The notes under the pieces are model-generated. The model was not told the DNA's origin, did no database searches, and saw only the letters and a program-made list of their open reading frames with translations. Of a DNA stretch of 64,000 nucleotides, positions 1-8,966 are shown one piece after another (the first letter of the stretch is position 1; the number at the start of each line of letters is the position of its first letter). Source of the stretch: Nibricoccus sp. (GTDB lineage: Bacteria > Verrucomicrobiota > Verrucomicrobiia > Opitutales > Opitutaceae). The translations under genes and the position numbers were made by a program. The DNA lies in assembly GCA_047602425.1 (NCBI GenBank), contig JASGHG010000001.1:4480001-4544000 (forward strand), written 5' to 3'.

Positions 1-341
1 GGCCAGGTGCCGGACCAATTGGCGACGGTGAGGATCGGACCTTTGTGCGAAATGAGGCCGTGGAGCAAATGGTGCGAGTATTGCCAGACCGACTCGGCAA
101 CGATGAGTGGCGTTTCGGGATTGATGTTGGCGAAGACCTCCATGCCTTCTTTCTGCGAGGCGATGAAGCCGTGATTGAGCTCGGGCTTGTAAGGATGCGC
201 GCGCACCAGTTTGGCGCCGAGGGAAGCGACGACCTCGGTGAGGCGAGCTTCCATGGCGGCCTGGGCGGGCCAGCATTTTTCGTTGGCGGATTGACGCAGA
301 TCGCCATTGGCGACCAGCAGAACAGTCTTTGATTTCTTCAT
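1..341 (-). CDS. L-fucose-isomerase-like protein, 5' part (runs off window start)
   Basis: Not in the ORF track. Manual translation from ATG at 341 gives [34 protein letters not shown]...[30 protein letters not shown], open to the window edge. It resembles proteins annotated as fucose isomerase. Confidence 0.7.
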   Translation of the reverse strand, partial: MKKSKTVLLVANGDLRQSANEKCWPAQAAMEARLTEVVASLGAKLVRAHPYKPELNHGFIASQKEGMEVFANINPETPLIVAESVWQYSHHLLHGLISHKGPILTVANWSGTW

Positions 342-502
342 GATGACGATCGTGAGAGGTTGATCGAACTAGATATTCTTGGCGTAGAATTTGCCAGAGG
401 CGGGGAAAAAGCGCCGCGATTATTACAGCAAGGGCGGTCGATTGGGAATAGCAGAAACTGGCACTAAGATGGATATTATTGGCGATAAATACAGAGATCA
501 GA

Positions 503-672
503 TTTTGCCACAGAGGGCACGGAGCTCGGACACAGAGATCACGGAGGGAATGCAGGTAAGCATGGGAGTGAGCTGTCTTCGATGCCGATAGCGTCGTTAG
601 CGGAAATATTTCAGCAGGCTTTTGATACTCCCGCCGTCTCTGTGTCCGCGCTCTGTGTCCTCTGTGGCAAAA
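503..672. repeat. MITE/REP-like element with 36-bp terminal inverted repeats
   Basis: 503-538 TTTTGCCACAGAGGGCACGGAGCTCGGACACAGAGA is the reverse complement of 637-672 with 3 mismatches. Confidence 0.85.
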
Positions 673-748
673 ATTCCAAGTTCGGTCGTTCGTGAATTTT
701 GGCTTTCGTTATTGGCGCTGATGCGTGTTCATTGGCGGGACCAATCCC

Positions 749-1204
749 ATGTTTCCTCCCGTCACCGATCTCATTCCGCACCGTCCGCCTTTTCTTTTTG
801 TCGACGAAATTGTTTCGGAGTCGGCCGACGGATTGGTGGCGCGCCGCAAGTGGCGGGCCGACGAATTTTTCTATCAGGGACATTATCCAGGCTCGCCGAT
901 TACGCCCGGCGTGTTGCTCTGCGAATCGGTTTTCCAAACAGGCGCGCTCTATATGGCGCGACAGGCGATGGCGGCAGGCGCAAAACCCGGCGAAGGCGTG
1001 CCGTTGATGGCGAAGATCGGTGAAGTGCGTTTCCGCAATCCGATTTATCCTGGAGACGAGACGCTTATCGAAGTGAAGAAAAAAGATTTTGCGGCCGGTT
1101 TCACCATCATGAGCGGTGCGATCAAAAAGCCCGATGGCACGCGTGTGCTCTCGGTGGATTTCACGGTGGCATGGAAAACGCCGGAGAAACCGGCGCAAAG
1201 CTAA
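749..1204 (+). CDS. fabZ: FabZ/FabA-family 3-hydroxyacyl-ACP dehydratase
   Basis: Hotdog-fold motifs IPHRPPFLFVD and GHYPGSPITPGVLLCE (catalytic His/Glu). ATG at 749. Confidence 0.85.
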   Translation: MFPPVTDLIPHRPPFLFVDEIVSESADGLVARRKWRADEFFYQGHYPGSPITPGVLLCESVFQTGALYMARQAMAAGAKPGEGVPLMAKIGEVRFRNPIYPGDETLIEVKKKDFAAGFTIMSGAIKKPDGTRVLSVDFTVAWKTPEKPAQS

Positions 1205-1210
1205 GAAGCC

Positions 1211-2068
1211 ATGGCTGATTTCCTCCAACTTTCCGGAAAAAACTTTCTCGTCTTTGGCGTTGCCAACAAGAAAAGCGTCGCGTGGCACATCGCAAAGACG
1301 CTCGAAGATCAAGGCGCGCGAGTCATCTACAGCGTGCGTTCCGAGGCGCGAAAGAAGTCATTGGAGACGTTGCTGGCGGGAAAACCGGTTTTCATCTGCG
1401 ACGTGGAGCACGAAGGCGCGGTCGACAAACTCGCGGGCGAAGTAGCCGCGGCCGGCCTCGCGCCTCTTCATGGGCTGGTGCATTCGATTGCGTTCGCCAA
1501 TTACGCGGAAGGCTTCAAAGCGTTTCAAGAAACGAAGCGCGCCGACTTTTTGCAGGCTACCGCAATTTCCGCCTTTTCGTTGGTTGAGATGGCGAACGCG
1601 TTTAAACTGCACCTCGCGAAAAACGCCTCCGTGGTCACCATTGGCATTTCGTCGCTGCTGGTGACGCCCGACAACTACGGCTACATGGGGCCGATCAAGG
1701 CGGCGCTGGAGTCGGCTTCGCGGTTCCTCGCCAAGTCGTTTGGCACAAACGGCGAGGTGCGTTTCAACGTCGTCGGCGCCGGGCCGCTGAAAACGAGCGC
1801 CTCGGCCGGGATCCCCGGCTATCTTGAAAGCTACCTTTACGCCGAGAAAATGACGTTCCGCAAACGAAACCTCAGCACGCAGGAAGTGGCGAACGCCGCG
1901 GTGTTTCTGCTCAGCGAGGCGAGTAGTGGAATCAATGGTTCGACCCTGACGGTGGATGCAGGTCTCGGTTCAAATTATTTTGATCAGGAAATTATCCGCC
2001 TCGCGATGAGGCCAGCGGCGGTGCCGCCGCTGGAAAATGCAAATCCCAAAGTTCCAAACTCCAAATGA
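1211..2068 (+). CDS. fabI: Enoyl-ACP reductase (FabI-like SDR)
   Basis: GVANKKSVAW, HSIAFA, YGYMGPIK (YxxMxxxK) and AGPLKT motifs. Confidence 0.85.
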   Translation: MADFLQLSGKNFLVFGVANKKSVAWHIAKTLEDQGARVIYSVRSEARKKSLETLLAGKPVFICDVEHEGAVDKLAGEVAAAGLAPLHGLVHSIAFANYAEGFKAFQETKRADFLQATAISAFSLVEMANAFKLHLAKNASVVTIGISSLLVTPDNYGYMGPIKAALESASRFLAKSFGTNGEVRFNVVGAGPLKTSASAGIPGYLESYLYAEKMTFRKRNLSTQEVANAAVFLLSEASSGINGSTLTVDAGLGSNYFDQEIIRLAMRPAAVPPLENANPKVPNSK

Positions 2069-2129
2069 GTGTGTGTGCTGACAATTTGGAATTTCTTTGG
2101 GATTTGGCCCTTTGGCATTTGGGATTTGC
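2039..2129. repeat. Inverted array of ~7-nt repeats (AAATCCC/TTTGGGA family)
   Basis: GCAAATCCCAAA (2039-2050) pairs with TTTGGGATTTGC (2118-2129), with internal CCAAA/TTTGG repeats. Confidence 0.8.
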
Positions 2130-2132
2130 CTC

Positions 2133-3167
2133 ATGAAATTTGAGAACGTTTGCCTCGAATCCATCGCCGTTGCGTTGCCGGACGAAATTTGGTCTTCGGC
2201 TTCGATCGAAGAGCGCCTGCGTCCGCTTTACGAACGGCTGAAGTTGCCTTTCGGCCGATTGGAGCTGATGACGGGCATTCGCGAGCGGCGTCATTGGCCG
2301 GTGAATACACTTCCATCCGATGCGAGTGCCGCGGCGGGTAAGGCCGTACTCGCGAAATCCTCACTGCGTCCCGAACAGCTCGAAGTGTTTGTTCACGCAG
2401 CCGTTTGTCGCGACATGTTGGAACCGGCGACGGCGTCATTTGCTCATCGCAAAATCGGTCTCTCTCCGCGTTCGCAGGTTTTCGATGTTTCGAATGCCTG
2501 CCTCGGTTTTTTGAACAGCATGGTGTTGCTCGCCGGGTTGATTGAGTCCGGCCAAGTGCTGGCCGGCATGATCGTTTCCGGCGAAAATGGGCGGCCGCTA
2601 ATCGAACAAACGCTAAAGCATCTCCTGACGGCGCCGCTGGACCGGAACGCGATCAAACCCTTCTTCGCGAACCTGACGATTGGTTCGGGCGCAGTTGGTG
2701 CGATTTTATGTCATCGGTCGCTGGTGAAAGGCCGGCAGCATCGCCTGTTGGGCGGTGCGGTGCGAGCGGCGACACAGCACAGCGATCTTTGCAAAGGAGA
2801 CACACATGGAGCCGACGCGCTGGCGATGCAGACTGACTCCGAGGCGATGCTGGTCGCGGGGGTCGCGCTTGCGCGCGAAACCTGGAATGATTTTTCCACG
2901 GCGACTGGCTGGAATGAAGCACTGCCTGATCGGTTTATCTGCCACCAAGTCGGTGCGGCGCATCGACGCAAACTTTACGAAACGCTTGGGCTCGATCTGG
3001 CGAAGGATTTTTCGACCTTCGACACCCTGGGCAACATGGGTTCGGTTTCGTTACCGGCCACGCTTGCGTTGGCGATTGAAAACGGATCGGTCAACGAAGG
3101 CAGTCGAGTTGGACTGCTTGGAATCGGAAGTGGATTGAACTGCCTCATGTTGGGACTCGAATGGTGA
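2133..3167 (+). CDS. oleA: OleA-like thiolase/FabH-family condensing enzyme (olefin biosynthesis)
   Basis: MLEPATA (OleA-type Glu), SNACLGFLN (Cys), CHQVG (His), LGNMGS (Asn), GIGSGLNC. Followed directly by an oleB-like gene. Confidence 0.85.
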   Translation: MKFENVCLESIAVALPDEIWSSASIEERLRPLYERLKLPFGRLELMTGIRERRHWPVNTLPSDASAAAGKAVLAKSSLRPEQLEVFVHAAVCRDMLEPATASFAHRKIGLSPRSQVFDVSNACLGFLNSMVLLAGLIESGQVLAGMIVSGENGRPLIEQTLKHLLTAPLDRNAIKPFFANLTIGSGAVGAILCHRSLVKGRQHRLLGGAVRAATQHSDLCKGDTHGADALAMQTDSEAMLVAGVALARETWNDFSTATGWNEALPDRFICHQVGAAHRRKLYETLGLDLAKDFSTFDTLGNMGSVSLPATLALAIENGSVNEGSRVGLLGIGSGLNCLMLGLEW

Positions 3168-3190
3168 GCACGCGCAATATTTCCCAAACC

Positions 3191-3256
3191 GGACAATGCG
3201 GAGCATTGTCCCTACCTACAGACGACAAGCCGGCCGGCCCGGCGGTCCGTCCCTAC
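3191..3256. repeat. Two GTAG-family REP-like palindromes
   Basis: GGACAATGC-GGA-GCATTGTCC-CTAC (3191-3215) and an imperfect hairpin ending in CTAC (3232-3256). Confidence 0.65.
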
Positions 3257-3267
3257 CGCGCCCGCGC

Positions 3268-4164
3268 ATGAAAACATCTTCACCGATTCCCGCGTGGCTG
3301 CGCGCGATCTATCCGTTCGAGCCAAAATCATTTACTACGCCGCGCGGCGCGCGGATGAGCTATCTCGATGAAGGTCCGCGCAGCGACGAGGCGGTGTTGA
3401 TGTTGCACGGAAATCCGACGTGGTCGTTTTTCTATCGTGATGTGGTGAAGAGGCTCTCGCCGACGATCCGTTGCGTGGTGCCGGACCACGTTGGCATGGG
3501 GCTTTCGGAAAAGCCGGAGACTTACGACTACAGTCTCGCGACCCGAATTGCCGACGTGGAGGCACTAGTGGCGTCGCTTGGTTTAAAAAAGATCCACCTG
3601 ATCGTGCACGACTGGGGTGGGGCGATTGGTTGCGGTTTTGCGACGCGGCATCCGGAGTTGATCGGACGCATGGTGATTCTGAACACGGCGGCTTTTTTTT
3701 CGACGCACCTACCGAAGCGGATCGCTTTGTGCCGCGCGGGAATTTTTGGCAAGGTTTTGGTGCGCGGTTTCAACGGTTTTGCCGGGCCAGCCTCGTGGAT
3801 GTCGACAGTGCGACCGCTCGCGCCGGACGTGAAGCGCGGATTTCTTTTTCCCTACGATTCCTGGGAGAATCGTGTAGCTGTGCATCGGTTCGTGCAGGAC
3901 ATCCCAATGTCATCGAACCATTCGACGCGCCCGAGGCTCGATGAAATCGAAGCGAAGCTGCCTTTGCTGGCCAATCGGGAGAAACTGATTCTTTGGGGCG
4001 GCAAAGATTTTTGTTTCAACGACCATTTTCTGGCGCGCTGGCGTGAAATTTTTCCGCACGTGCCGGTGCATCGATACGACGATGCCGGGCACTATGTGCT
4101 GGAGGATGCCGGTACCGATGCAATCGAGCGTATCACCCGTTTTCTTTTACCCAAAACACCATGA
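3268..4164 (+). CDS. oleB: OleB-like alpha/beta hydrolase (haloalkane-dehalogenase-like beta-lactone decarboxylase)
   Basis: HGNPTWS, HDWGG (Asp nucleophile) and AGHYVLED motifs. Follows oleA. Confidence 0.8.
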   Translation: MKTSSPIPAWLRAIYPFEPKSFTTPRGARMSYLDEGPRSDEAVLMLHGNPTWSFFYRDVVKRLSPTIRCVVPDHVGMGLSEKPETYDYSLATRIADVEALVASLGLKKIHLIVHDWGGAIGCGFATRHPELIGRMVILNTAAFFSTHLPKRIALCRAGIFGKVLVRGFNGFAGPASWMSTVRPLAPDVKRGFLFPYDSWENRVAVHRFVQDIPMSSNHSTRPRLDEIEAKLPLLANREKLILWGGKDFCFNDHFLARWREIFPHVPVHRYDDAGHYVLEDAGTDAIERITRFLLPKTP

Positions 4165-4541
4165 AATTCGAACACTTCGCCATCAACGTTCCCGATTGCC
4201 GCGCCCAAGCCCACTGGTGGGTGCAAAACCTCGGCCTCACGGTTGCCCGCAAGCGCGAGGACGCGCCGTACACGCACTTTCTCGCGGATGAAACGGGGCG
4301 GGTTGTCGTTGAAATGTACAGCAACACGACCGCCGCGATGCCCGACTACAAGAAGACGCATCCCTTGGTTTTCCATGTGGCATTTGTTTCGAAAGACTCC
4401 CACGCGGATCGGGCGCGTGTGGAAAAAGCCGGCGCGACTTTCTTCGTGGAAGACAAACTGCCAGATGGGTCGTCGCTCGTTATGATGCAGGATCCTTGGG
4501 GAGTGGCGTTGCAATTTTGCCAGCGCGCAAATCCGTTTTAA
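4161..4541 (+). CDS. VOC/glyoxalase-family protein
   Basis: FEHFAINV...FHVAF...QDPWG pattern. 4-bp overlap with oleB. Confidence 0.8.
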   Translation: MKFEHFAINVPDCRAQAHWWVQNLGLTVARKREDAPYTHFLADETGRVVVEMYSNTTAAMPDYKKTHPLVFHVAFVSKDSHADRARVEKAGATFFVEDKLPDGSSLVMMQDPWGVALQFCQRANPF

Positions 4542-4562
4542 ATCCTGCCGAAAATTTTTATG

Positions 4563-4593
4563 AGACCGGAGCGCAAGCCCCGGTCTTTTTTTT
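4563..4593 (+). terminator. Intrinsic terminator ending the fab/ole operon
   Basis: AGACCGG...CCGGTCT stem followed by a T run. Confidence 0.8.
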
Positions 4594-4601
4594 CGCACCG
4601 A

Positions 4602-5312
4602 TTAATTGCCAAGATTTTTCTGCAGCAGCCGCTGGATACCCTCACGGGAAAGCAGAGTGATTTCACGTCCTTTGACGGAAATCCAGCCGGCTTCGCGGAA
4701 TTTGGCGAAAGTGCGCGAGAGCGTCTCGCTGGTGGTACCCATTTCCGCGGCCAGGACGCGCTTGGTCGTCTGGAGCTTGACGACTTCGGGAATTTTTTCC
4801 CCGGAAGAGCGGTGAAGCAGCCAGTTGGCGAGGCGGGTTTCGACGTCTTTTGACTGCAAGTCTTCCAGCAGGCCGACCAATACGCGGAGATGCGTGCTCA
4901 TCGAAGCGAGCATGCGCAGCGAAAGTTCAGGGCGGCGGCGGAGCAATTCGACGAACTCTTTCTTTGGAACAAGAATAACCGATGAATTTTCGACTGCCCG
5001 CGCGTCGGCCGGGTAACCAGTAGCCATTGCCAGGGCGGCCTCCGCGAAGGTTTCACCGGTGCGGAAGACATGGATGATCTGCTCCTTGCCGGCGGCGCTG
5101 ACGCGATGGACGTTGATGGCGCCAGTCTGCACGACGTAAAAGCCAAGCGCAGCGTCGCCTTCACGAAAGAGATACTCGCCTTTGCCGATACGGACGAGTT
5201 TTGAAAAACCGGCGATGATTTCCAGATCGGTCGGGGGCACTCCGGAAAAAATCTGGCAGCCACGGAGGGATTCCGCGAGGGCGACACGAGAAAGGGTGGA
5301 ATTGGCGGGCAT
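4602..5312 (-). CDS. Crp/Fnr-family transcriptional regulator (Dnr/NnrR/HcpR-like, no FNR Cys cluster)
   Basis: cNMP-binding-like domain (LFREGD...GETFAE) and HTH recognition helix GTTSETLSR (ExxSR). Confidence 0.9.
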   Translation of the reverse strand: MPANSTLSRVALAESLRGCQIFSGVPPTDLEIIAGFSKLVRIGKGEYLFREGDAALGFYVVQTGAINVHRVSAAGKEQIIHVFRTGETFAEAALAMATGYPADARAVENSSVILVPKKEFVELLRRRPELSLRMLASMSTHLRVLVGLLEDLQSKDVETRLANWLLHRSSGEKIPEVVKLQTTKRVLAAEMGTTSETLSRTFAKFREAGWISVKGREITLLSREGIQRLLQKNLGN

Positions 5313-5365
5313 GGCGCCAGAAAGAAACACAGACGGCCGGCTTTGGCCAGCGCGCCGTGTGGATC

Positions 5366-5683
5366 TCAACGGCGATTTTCCAGGAACTCACGTCCTGCCG
5401 GTGTGATCATCTCCGGATTCCAAGGGGGATCAAACGACATCACGATATCGACGGTGGTCACGCCTGGAATGCCAGCAACCATCAACCGGGCGCCCTCGAC
5501 AATCTGATCGTGCATCGGGCAGTTGGGACTGGTTGGCGTAATGACGACGCGGACGAAGCCCGTTTCATCGTGTTCAATGGCGCTTACCATGCCGAGATCG
5601 ACAATGTTGAGCCCGATTTCGGGGTCATCGAGCAGGCGGAGACGGTCGAGGATCGTGGCGTCGTCTGGAATTGGGTTGCTCAT
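5366..5683 (-). CDS. DUF59/SufT-like metal-sulfur cluster assembly factor
   Basis: DPEIGLNIVDLGMV, TSPNCP and FDPPWNPEMI motifs. Confidence 0.9.
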   Translation of the reverse strand: MSNPIPDDATILDRLRLLDDPEIGLNIVDLGMVSAIEHDETGFVRVVITPTSPNCPMHDQIVEGARLMVAGIPGVTTVDIVMSFDPPWNPEMITPAGREFLENRR

Positions 5684-6996
5684 GTGGAAAGGGAGGCTGG
5701 GCGTGCGGCGGGTGTGGGTAGTGGTTGGGCGGCGGAACGCCAAAGGTGGGAAAGACTCTTGAATAGGTTGATGACGAAGCCAGCCATGGACGCGCAGAAG
5801 ACGAAAGCACCGATGCGGACAACGAAATCACTTTGAATAGCCGAACCTACGGCTAGCGCTAGAGCTGCGGCCGGAACCGACCAGGCGAGGATATTGAGCA
5901 AGCGCCCATAGACGAGGTCTGCGAGTTTTGGAACGCGAGCGCGGCCCAGAAGGGGGGCATAACGATGTTGCCAGACGAGGAAGGGCACGATTTTGGCGCC
6001 CATGCCCAGAATGGCGCATGCCAATGTGCCAAAAACGGCAAAGGTGAAGAGCGGCGTGTCGAGATTCAAAGCCAAAGCGGGCGCATGGCCTGCGAGTTGA
6101 AGACCACGGAAAATGAAACCGATGGCTACCGGTAAAAGAAAAACAAGGTTGTGGGCGTAGAGTCGCAAGGCTCCATCCAGGCGGCGAGGACTGCGGCGGA
6201 TGAGGGCAAGATTCTCGATCGCGTAGAAACCGAGACCCAATGCGGCGGCGAGCGCGGCAAAAGGCAGAAGTTGCGAAAATGCGAGCTGGCCGGGAATAAA
6301 AAGAGCGATGGCTGCCAGAAAGTATTGGACCGAACCGTAAGCTCGACGTGCGCTGGTCAGCGGCACGAGCAGGAACATCGGCAGGAGCGTATAAGACACG
6401 GCGGCGAGAATGAGCAAAAAGAATCCAGCCAGCATCAGGTAGGTGTGGGCGCCGAGGAGAAGAAGCGGTTCACGTACGGCAACAAAACCGAGTTTCGACG
6501 AAAGAATACAAGCGGCGACGCCGAGGGCGACCGTGAGAGAGCCGAGACAACCGAGCACGCCAATCGAGGTGGGAGTGCGACGTAAAGGACGCACCGCGGT
6601 GCAGGTGATATTCAGCACGTAGAGGACGAGTCCCAAAAGGACGGCGGTTCCGCCGACGGCGAGTGCGGGCATCCGCCAGTGGTAGAAGCCGTAAACCATC
6701 AGGGGCACGCCGGGAAGATGCAGCGCCAGGTGGATTTTTGCCAAGGTGCGACTGAAAAGCGGGTTTTCAAAAGCAACGGGCAGCAACTGATAACTCGAAC
6801 CAGCGACCAGCGACATAAGGAAACCGAGGCCGATAACGTGAGCGAAAGCGATGACATGCGGTTGGTAAAAATGACCGGTCAGCGTAGTCGGATTGCAGGC
6901 AAGCCAGAGCAGCCCTGCGGCGAAATGCAGAAAGCCGAAAAGAAAAAACGGCAATGCAATCCAGATCTGACTTGGAGCGGGGGAGGACTTGCTCAT
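5680..6996 (-). CDS. Polytopic membrane protein (~12 TM) of the type found with DUF2249 genes
   Basis: Many hydrophobic segments with intramembrane His, QLLPV and KIVPFLVW motifs. 4-bp overlaps on both sides. Confidence 0.75.
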   Translation of the reverse strand: MSKSSPAPSQIWIALPFFLFGFLHFAAGLLWLACNPTTLTGHFYQPHVIAFAHVIGLGFLMSLVAGSSYQLLPVAFENPLFSRTLAKIHLALHLPGVPLMVYGFYHWRMPALAVGGTAVLLGLVLYVLNITCTAVRPLRRTPTSIGVLGCLGSLTVALGVAACILSSKLGFVAVREPLLLLGAHTYLMLAGFFLLILAAVSYTLLPMFLLVPLTSARRAYGSVQYFLAAIALFIPGQLAFSQLLPFAALAAALGLGFYAIENLALIRRSPRRLDGALRLYAHNLVFLLPVAIGFIFRGLQLAGHAPALALNLDTPLFTFAVFGTLACAILGMGAKIVPFLVWQHRYAPLLGRARVPKLADLVYGRLLNILAWSVPAAALALAVGSAIQSDFVVRIGAFVFCASMAGFVINLFKSLSHLWRSAAQPLPTPAARPASLST

Positions 6997-7250
6997 GTGG
7001 AGGGCGAGCCGGTGGCGCTTGTTTCGGTGATGGGCATTTGGATGGTCCAACTGCCATCCGCTTGTGGCGTGCACGTATGTTGCTGGCCGCGACGCTTGAG
7101 TTCCTCGAGGAGAAACATGGGACGGCGCTCCAAATGGGCTTCGAGAATTATGCCGGGTGGTGTGGTAGCGAGTGCTTCGAGAATTCGCATCATGGGTTCA
7201 GGAGGCTCCAGGCCGCGGAGATCCATTTTGCTGATCAAGGTGGGTGTCAT
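6993..7250 (-). CDS. DUF2249-domain protein
   Basis: DLRGLEPPEPMMRILEAL...RRPMFLLEELKRRG pattern. Confidence 0.85.
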   Translation of the reverse strand: MTPTLISKMDLRGLEPPEPMMRILEALATTPPGIILEAHLERRPMFLLEELKRRGQQHTCTPQADGSWTIQMPITETSATGSPST

Positions 7251-7270
7251 GGTGAAAGCGCTTTGGAGAT

Positions 7271-7522
7271 TCAGGCTGGTTTTAGACGGCTAACGCGGAC
7301 GGCGAAAGCGTTGGGGTCCTGCTGAATGTTTTCCCACGAGAATTGCCCTGGATGCGCGGAGTCGAGAAGGTAGCGAAGCGGAAGAGGATTATGCCCATTG
7401 ATGAGCACGAAGTAATCGCCGGGCGCCAGGTTGCGGGCGCGAGCGAAAACCTGGGGCTGTTTGACCTCACACGAAAGTGTGCGGGCGTCGTAGATTTTTT
7501 CGGCAGGAATAGTGGAGAGCAT
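7271..7522 (-). CDS. DUF2249-domain protein
   Basis: DARTL...FVLINGHNPLPLRYLL...GQFSWE pattern. Confidence 0.85.
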   Translation of the reverse strand: MLSTIPAEKIYDARTLSCEVKQPQVFARARNLAPGDYFVLINGHNPLPLRYLLDSAHPGQFSWENIQQDPNAFAVRVSRLKPA

Positions 7523-7528
7523 GCCGCC

Positions 7529-7570
7529 AGCTTAGCAGTCGGTGCGTAAAACAGCCTTGAGGCGGATCAA
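7529..7570 (-). promoter_or_regulatory. FNR/Dnr-type box plus -10 element (class II promoter)
   Basis: TTGAGGCGGATCAA at 7557-7570 (consensus TTGAT-N4-ATCAA). Minus-strand TAAGCT at 7534-7529. Confidence 0.8.
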
Positions 7571-7588
7571 ACTTCAACGATCTCGATG

Positions 7589-8398
7589 CTAACACCGATA
7601 AACTGCTGTTGCGCCAAGCACGTACAATGTGCCCCAGCCAACCTCAATGATGCCGAGTTGTTTGGCGGTGAAGTTGGACTTGTTCGAGAGGAGGAAGAAA
7701 CACGCGCGCAGCGAGAGCACGGCGTTGAGGGCGACAATCGCGGGTGGCACCAGATTTTGTTGGGCGAGACCAGCGAGTACGAGCGGGGCGAAAACCTGGG
7801 CCAGCAAGGCAGGGAGCAGCTGATTGGTTTCGCCACGTGCCCTCCGCAGGCAGGCGCGTACAAAAAGCAGACTCGGCCAGGCGCGGGCCAGACTCACGCA
7901 GCCGAGGGAAAGTGCGGACGCGAGATCCCATTTATCGGCCAAGGCGATCGAAACCAGCGGAAAAGAGCAAAGACCGGTGGCGATAAGTTCGGTGGTGAGC
8001 GCACGAGTTTGGCCTTCTCGTTCGCGCAAAGCAAAAACCAGCAGAGCGGGAAAACATACGATCACGGGGATGAGCACCTGCCAGCGGGAAACGGCGATTG
8101 CACCGACGAGGCAAAATGCGGCCCCGAGAGACAAGGCGAGTAATAGCAGACGCGCGGGAGCGCGCAGAGACAGCGGGCTGGGTGAAGCCGTGGCGAAGGA
8201 AAACTTCGCGGGTTTGCGGGAGATAAAACCAAGAAAAACCGCCAGGCTCAACCAAAGTGCCGCGGGTGAGAAGGCGACGAGCAAGCCGAGGAACAGCGGC
8301 TCCAGGAAAAAAGCCCAACTGCCATGTTCATTGGGTAGAAGCAGGCGCCGCCAGGCAACGGGCCGATTTTTTAAGTCCGGGTGAAGATTGTCTGCCAC
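7589..8398 (-). CDS. YwiC-like membrane protein
   Basis: N-terminal LPNEHGSWAF motif, multiple TM segments, C-terminal KQLGIIE. Confidence 0.8.
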   Translation of the reverse strand: MADNLHPDLKNRPVAWRRLLLPNEHGSWAFFLEPLFLGLLVAFSPAALWLSLAVFLGFISRKPAKFSFATASPSPLSLRAPARLLLLALSLGAAFCLVGAIAVSRWQVLIPVIVCFPALLVFALREREGQTRALTTELIATGLCSFPLVSIALADKWDLASALSLGCVSLARAWPSLLFVRACLRRARGETNQLLPALLAQVFAPLVLAGLAQQNLVPPAIVALNAVLSLRACFFLLSNKSNFTAKQLGIIEVGWGTLYVLGATAVYRC

Positions 8399-8604
8399 GA
8401 GCCGTCGGACTGAATTTGTGGGCGAGCTCCGAAGCCGGAGCTTTTGAGATGCTCGATGAGCGGCGAAGGAAGAAAAGGCGTGATCAAGATCAATCCTTCT
8501 TCGGGTTTGAGCGAAGCAACTTCGGACGTGATGATGGAGAACGGTTCACCGCCACGTTTCAGCACGGGGCGAACGTCGAGGGTGCGAAATTTTTGCGTGC
8601 TCAT
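8371..8604 (-). CDS. DUF2249-domain protein
   Basis: LDVRPVLKRGGEPF...TPFLPSPLIEHLKSSGF pattern. Confidence 0.85.
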   Translation of the reverse strand: MSTQKFRTLDVRPVLKRGGEPFSIITSEVASLKPEEGLILITPFLPSPLIEHLKSSGFGARPQIQSDGSWQTIFTRT

Positions 8605-8621
8605 TTGGGCATGATGGGAGG

Positions 8622-8960
8622 TTATGGTTTGGAAAGCGTGAGAAGCATGGAAAACTTTTCCGCGGCACGCACGGCATGCGGAGCGCCCGGCGGCATGTGG
8701 AGAAGATCGCCGGCAGTCAGGTTATGGGTTTTGCCATTCACGTCGAATTCGCAGCTTCCACTGAGCACCTGAACAATGGCGGCGCGGGGCGTGCTATGTT
8801 CCGAAAGCGATTGTCCAGCGGCAAAAGCGAAGAGCACGACGCGCGTGACGGAATTGGCAAAGAGCGTGCGACTGACGACGCCGTTTTCGGCGAAGACCGT
8901 CTCGCTGGTGAGTGAGGTCTGGACAACTTGATCGACGGGAAAAACAGGTTTTTCGGCCAT
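8622..8960 (-). CDS. Cupin-domain protein
   Basis: FAAGQSLSEHST...LTAGDLLHMPPGAPHAVRA motifs. Confidence 0.9.
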   Translation of the reverse strand: MAEKPVFPVDQVVQTSLTSETVFAENGVVSRTLFANSVTRVVLFAFAAGQSLSEHSTPRAAIVQVLSGSCEFDVNGKTHNLTAGDLLHMPPGAPHAVRAAEKFSMLLTLSKP

Positions 8961-8966
8961 GCGGTC

